A stretch of DNA of 64,000 bases, from assembly GCF_009914755.1 (NCBI RefSeq), contig NC_060933.1; one strand, written 5' to 3'. Position 1 is the first letter of the stretch, and each line of letters starts with the position of its first letter. Both the position numbers and the translations under genes were made by a program. This DNA is from the human T2T-CHM13v2.0 reference genome, Homo sapiens. The notes under the pieces are model-generated. The model did no database searches. It was given only the letters and a program-made list of their open reading frames with translations, and was not told the origin of the DNA. Below, piece by piece: positions 60,955-64,000 of this stretch.

Positions 60955-61313
60955 TGTGTTAGTTAATTTTATATGCTAATTTAACTGGACCACAGGATAC
61001 CCAGATATTTGGTCAGACATTATACTGGATGTTTCTGACAGGGTGTTTTTGAATGAGACTAAAGCAGGATGCCCTCCATAATGGGAGTTGGTCTCAACTA
61101 ATCTATTGAAGGCCTGATTAGAATAGAAAATGCTGAGCCTCCCCTGAGTAAAAAAAAAAAATTCTTCAAGAGACTGCCTTTAAACTTCATCTGCATCATC
61201 AGCTCTCCCTGGAACTCTGGCTGCCACCTTTGGAATGAAACTGGATCATAAACCCTTTTAAGTCTCAAGCATGCTGATCCACATTTTAGATTTGGAATAT
61301 AGAGAAACAGATG

Positions 61314-61355
<42 letters not shown>

Positions 61356-61408
61356 CAGATACCCTCTCATCCTATTGATTCTCTTTCTCTGAAAATTCCT
61401 AATTAAAT
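60955..61408 (+). mobile_element. MLT2D-type solo LTR
   Basis: TGTGTTAGTTAATTTTATATG...ggatacccagatatttggtcagacattatactggatgtttctg...atcctattgattctctttctctgaaaatt. Confidence 0.87.
61314..61361. repeat. (GATA)10 GACA GATA tetranucleotide STR
   Basis: Direct reading. Confidence 0.96.
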
Positions 61409-61624
61409 AAATTTGAAGATACAAAAGTACAAAAATATAAAAATATGAAAAATAGGAGAAAATACATAAAATCAAACTTTTTACACCATAATCTGTTTAA
61501 TTGTAGTTCCAGAAATAGAAGACAGGTGAAAAGGAAGAAAGAAAAATGTCAGGGAAAAGTGACAAATCCCTAATCTAAACAATTTTCATGTTGAAAGTGC
61601 CCCCTAGGTCTACTACAAATAGAT

Positions 61625-61846
61625 CAGAGGCAGGAAATTATGGAGCACAGATAAAATTCAGCCTGCCGTTTATACTTCTAAATAAAGTTTTATTGAAAAA
61701 CAGCCATGCCCACTTGTTTAATATTGCCTGCAATTACTTTCACACTACAGTGGCAGAGCTGAGTAATTGAGATAGAGAATTTATGGCCTGCAAAGCTTAC
61801 AATACTTACTATCTGGATCCTTCCAAAAAAGCTTTGCTAACTTCTG
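61625..61846 (+). mobile_element. MER58A (hAT-Charlie MITE)
   Basis: CAG...CTG ends; aaataaagttttattgaaaaacagccatgccca...; 8-bp TSD AAATAGAT/CAATAGAT. Confidence 0.9.
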
Positions 61847-62488
61847 CAATAGATCAAAAGATATACACAATAAGGAACATCATCACAAACTTTCAGGACC
61901 CCAGAAACATAAAGGAGAAACCAAAAGTTATAGGAAAAATAAGAAAAGGTATAATAGGGCATAAACAAAGTATAGAAAAAAAGGAATATTATTAGAATTT
62001 TCCTATGCATGTAATGCATGTGATACACTAAAACTTCTAATGGAAAATGATTTGCAACTTTAATTTCTATATGGGAATTATCTCTACATGTTAATTTTCA
62101 AATGAAAACAGGTTTAGACATTCGTGATCTTGAAGAATTTATCTTTTATTAATACTTTTTCCAAAAATAATTTGGAGGATATGCTCCAAAAAAACAGACA
62201 GTAAACCAAGAGAAAGGAAAACAAGAACCCAAGAAATCTTAGGTTCCAATGTAGGAGAAAAGAGGAAATATAAATCTCTAGGATTGTGTAGAAGGAAAAT
62301 CTCAGGATAACAAATGATTAAAAGGCTTAGGGAAAAACTAATCCACATAGAATCCAGAAGACAGAAGATGCTGGAAGAGATATATTCAAGTTTTAAAACC
62401 TTATAACTGATTGAATAACTACTAGTTTTGACCACACATTTTTTAATGGAAAAAGCATTATTGAAAAGGGTTCTACTGAAAATAAAGG

Positions 62489-62577
62489 TGTGATGTTTAA
62501 TTTTATGTGTCAACATGACTGGGCTGAGTGATGCTCAGGTAGCTGTTAAAACATGAACAGGTGTGTTTGTGAGGAAG
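62489..62577 (+). mobile_element. MLT2 5' fragment
   Basis: TGTGATGTTTAATTTTATGTGTCAACATGACTGGGCT. Confidence 0.78.
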
Positions 62578-62706
62578 TGATATGATTTGTCTCTGTGTCC
62601 TCACCCAAATCGCATGTCGAACTGCAATTCCCAGTGTTGGAAGAGGGGACTGGTGGGAGGTGATTGAATCATGGAGACAAACATCCCCCTTGCTGTTCTC
62701 GAGGCA
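62578..62706 (+). mobile_element. THE1D/MST 5' LTR fragment
   Basis: TGATATGATTTGTCTCTGTGTCCTCACCCAAATC...ggtgggaggtgattgaatcatgg...cttgctgttctc. Confidence 0.83.
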
Positions 62707-62789
62707 ATCATTAACACCAATAACAACTAACACACACAAAAAGTATACCAAAATAGAATGTGATCATAGAGCGAAAACTGGTGGTTTAG

Positions 62790-62873
62790 TGTCTTAGTCC
62801 ATTTATGCTGCTATAACAAAACATCCGAGACTGGGTAATTTATAATAAACAGAACTTTACTTCTCACCGTTCT
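62790..62873 (-). mobile_element. MST/MLT1A LTR end interrupted by L1
   Basis: tgtcttagtccatttatgctgctataacaaaa...gagactgggtaatttataataaacagaa. Confidence 0.8.
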
Positions 62874-64000
62874 GTTTTTATTTAAACTTTTATTTTAGGT
62901 TCAAGGGTACATGTGCAGGTTTGTTATATAGGTAAATTGCATGCTGTGGGAGTTTGCTGTACACATTATTTTGTCACCTAGGTAATAAGCATAGTATCTG
63001 ACAGGTAGTTTTCCAATCACCACCCTCCTCCCATCCTCCACCCTCAAATAGACCCCCATGTCTTGTTCCCTTCTTTGTGTCCACAGCTACTCAAGGTTTA
63101 GCTCCCACTTACAAGTGAGAATAAGTGGTGTTTTGTTTTCTGTTCTTGTATTAGTTTGCTTAGGATAATGGCCTCCAGTTCCAACATTATCTTGTTCTTT
63201 CTTATGGCTGCATGGTATTTCATGGTGTGTATCACATTTTCCTTATCCAGTCTACCGTTGGTGGGCATTTAGGTTGATTCCATGTCTTTGCTGTTGTGAA
63301 TAGTGCTGTGATGCACATACGCGTGAATGTGTCTTTATGGTAGAATGATTTATATTCCTTTGGCTATATACCCAATAATGGGATTCCTGGGTCAAATGGT
63401 AGTTCTGTTTTAAGTTCTTTGAGAAATTACCAAACTGCTTTCCACAATGGCTGAACTAATTTATATTCCCGCCAGCAGTGCATAAGCCTTCTCTTTTCTC
63501 CACAACCTTGCCAGCATCTGTTGTTTTTTGACTTTTTAGTAATAGTCATTTTTACTGGTGTGAGATGATATCTCACTGTAGATTTGATTTAAATTCCTCT
63601 AATGATTAGTGACATTGAGCATTTTTTCATATGCTTGTTGACTAAATGTATGCCTTCTTTTGAAAAGTGTTTGTTCATATCCTTTGCCCACTTTGTAATG
63701 GGGTTGCTTGTTTGTTTCTTGTAAATTTGTTTAAGTTCCTTATAAATTATGGATATTAGACAATTGTCAGATGCATGTTTTGCAAAAATTTTCTCCCATT
63801 CTCTAGGTTGTCTGTTTACTCTGATGATAGTTTTTCTTTTCTTTTTTCTTTCTTCTTTTTTTTTTTTTTTGCTGTTCAGAAGCTCTTTAGTTTAATTAAA
63901 CACTATTGTCAATTTTTGTTTTGGTTGCAATTGCTTTTAGCATCTTTGTCATGAAGTCTTTGCCAGGTCTTATGTTCAGAATGGTACTTCTTAGATTATC
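62874..64000 (-). mobile_element. L1PA15/16-type 3' end, continues beyond window end
   Basis: ttttattttaggttcaagggtacatgtgcaggtttgttatataggtaaattgc...gtaataagcatagta... Confidence 0.9.

Larger units (their letters stand above)
59900..62480 (+). mobile_element. Ancient L1 ORF1-like element (HAL1/L1ME), highly decayed, with nested insertions
   Basis: A-rich ORF1-like segments: ttttgaaaattaaatatataatagcagaa; aaaatgatttgcaactttaatttctata; ggaggatatgctcca. Confidence 0.5.

Overview
Primate (very probably human) genomic DNA, AT-rich and CpG-poor, consisting mostly of fossil transposable elements. I find no intact protein-coding gene, RNA gene or CRISPR-type system. The ORF-track entries I can recognise are translations of L1, Alu, MaLR or microsatellite sequence, and the rest are short ORFs of the length expected by chance. 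Main contents: the 5' UTR and frameshifted ORF1 of a minus-strand L1PA3-5-type LINE-1 (1-1980); a complete MSTA MaLR provirus with both LTRs and a TSD (5380-7813); solo LTRs (MSTB, THE1C, MLT1, MLT2, LTR16-like); nine Alus and one FLAM; older L1MA/MB/MC/PA8/PA15-16 and HAL1/L1ME pieces; many L2/MIR relics; MER5A and MER58A DNA transposons; and several STRs. The well-preserved L1s nearly all lie on the minus strand, which hints at an intron of a plus-strand gene. The most interesting non-repeat region is about 39.7-40.45 kb. It holds a candidate 9-nt in-frame microexon, a CTCF-like site and a CpG-retaining three-way hairpin. I cannot support a claim of a new biological system; these are testable leads. 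Subfamily names come from recalled consensus sequences and need RepeatMasker/Dfam confirmation.
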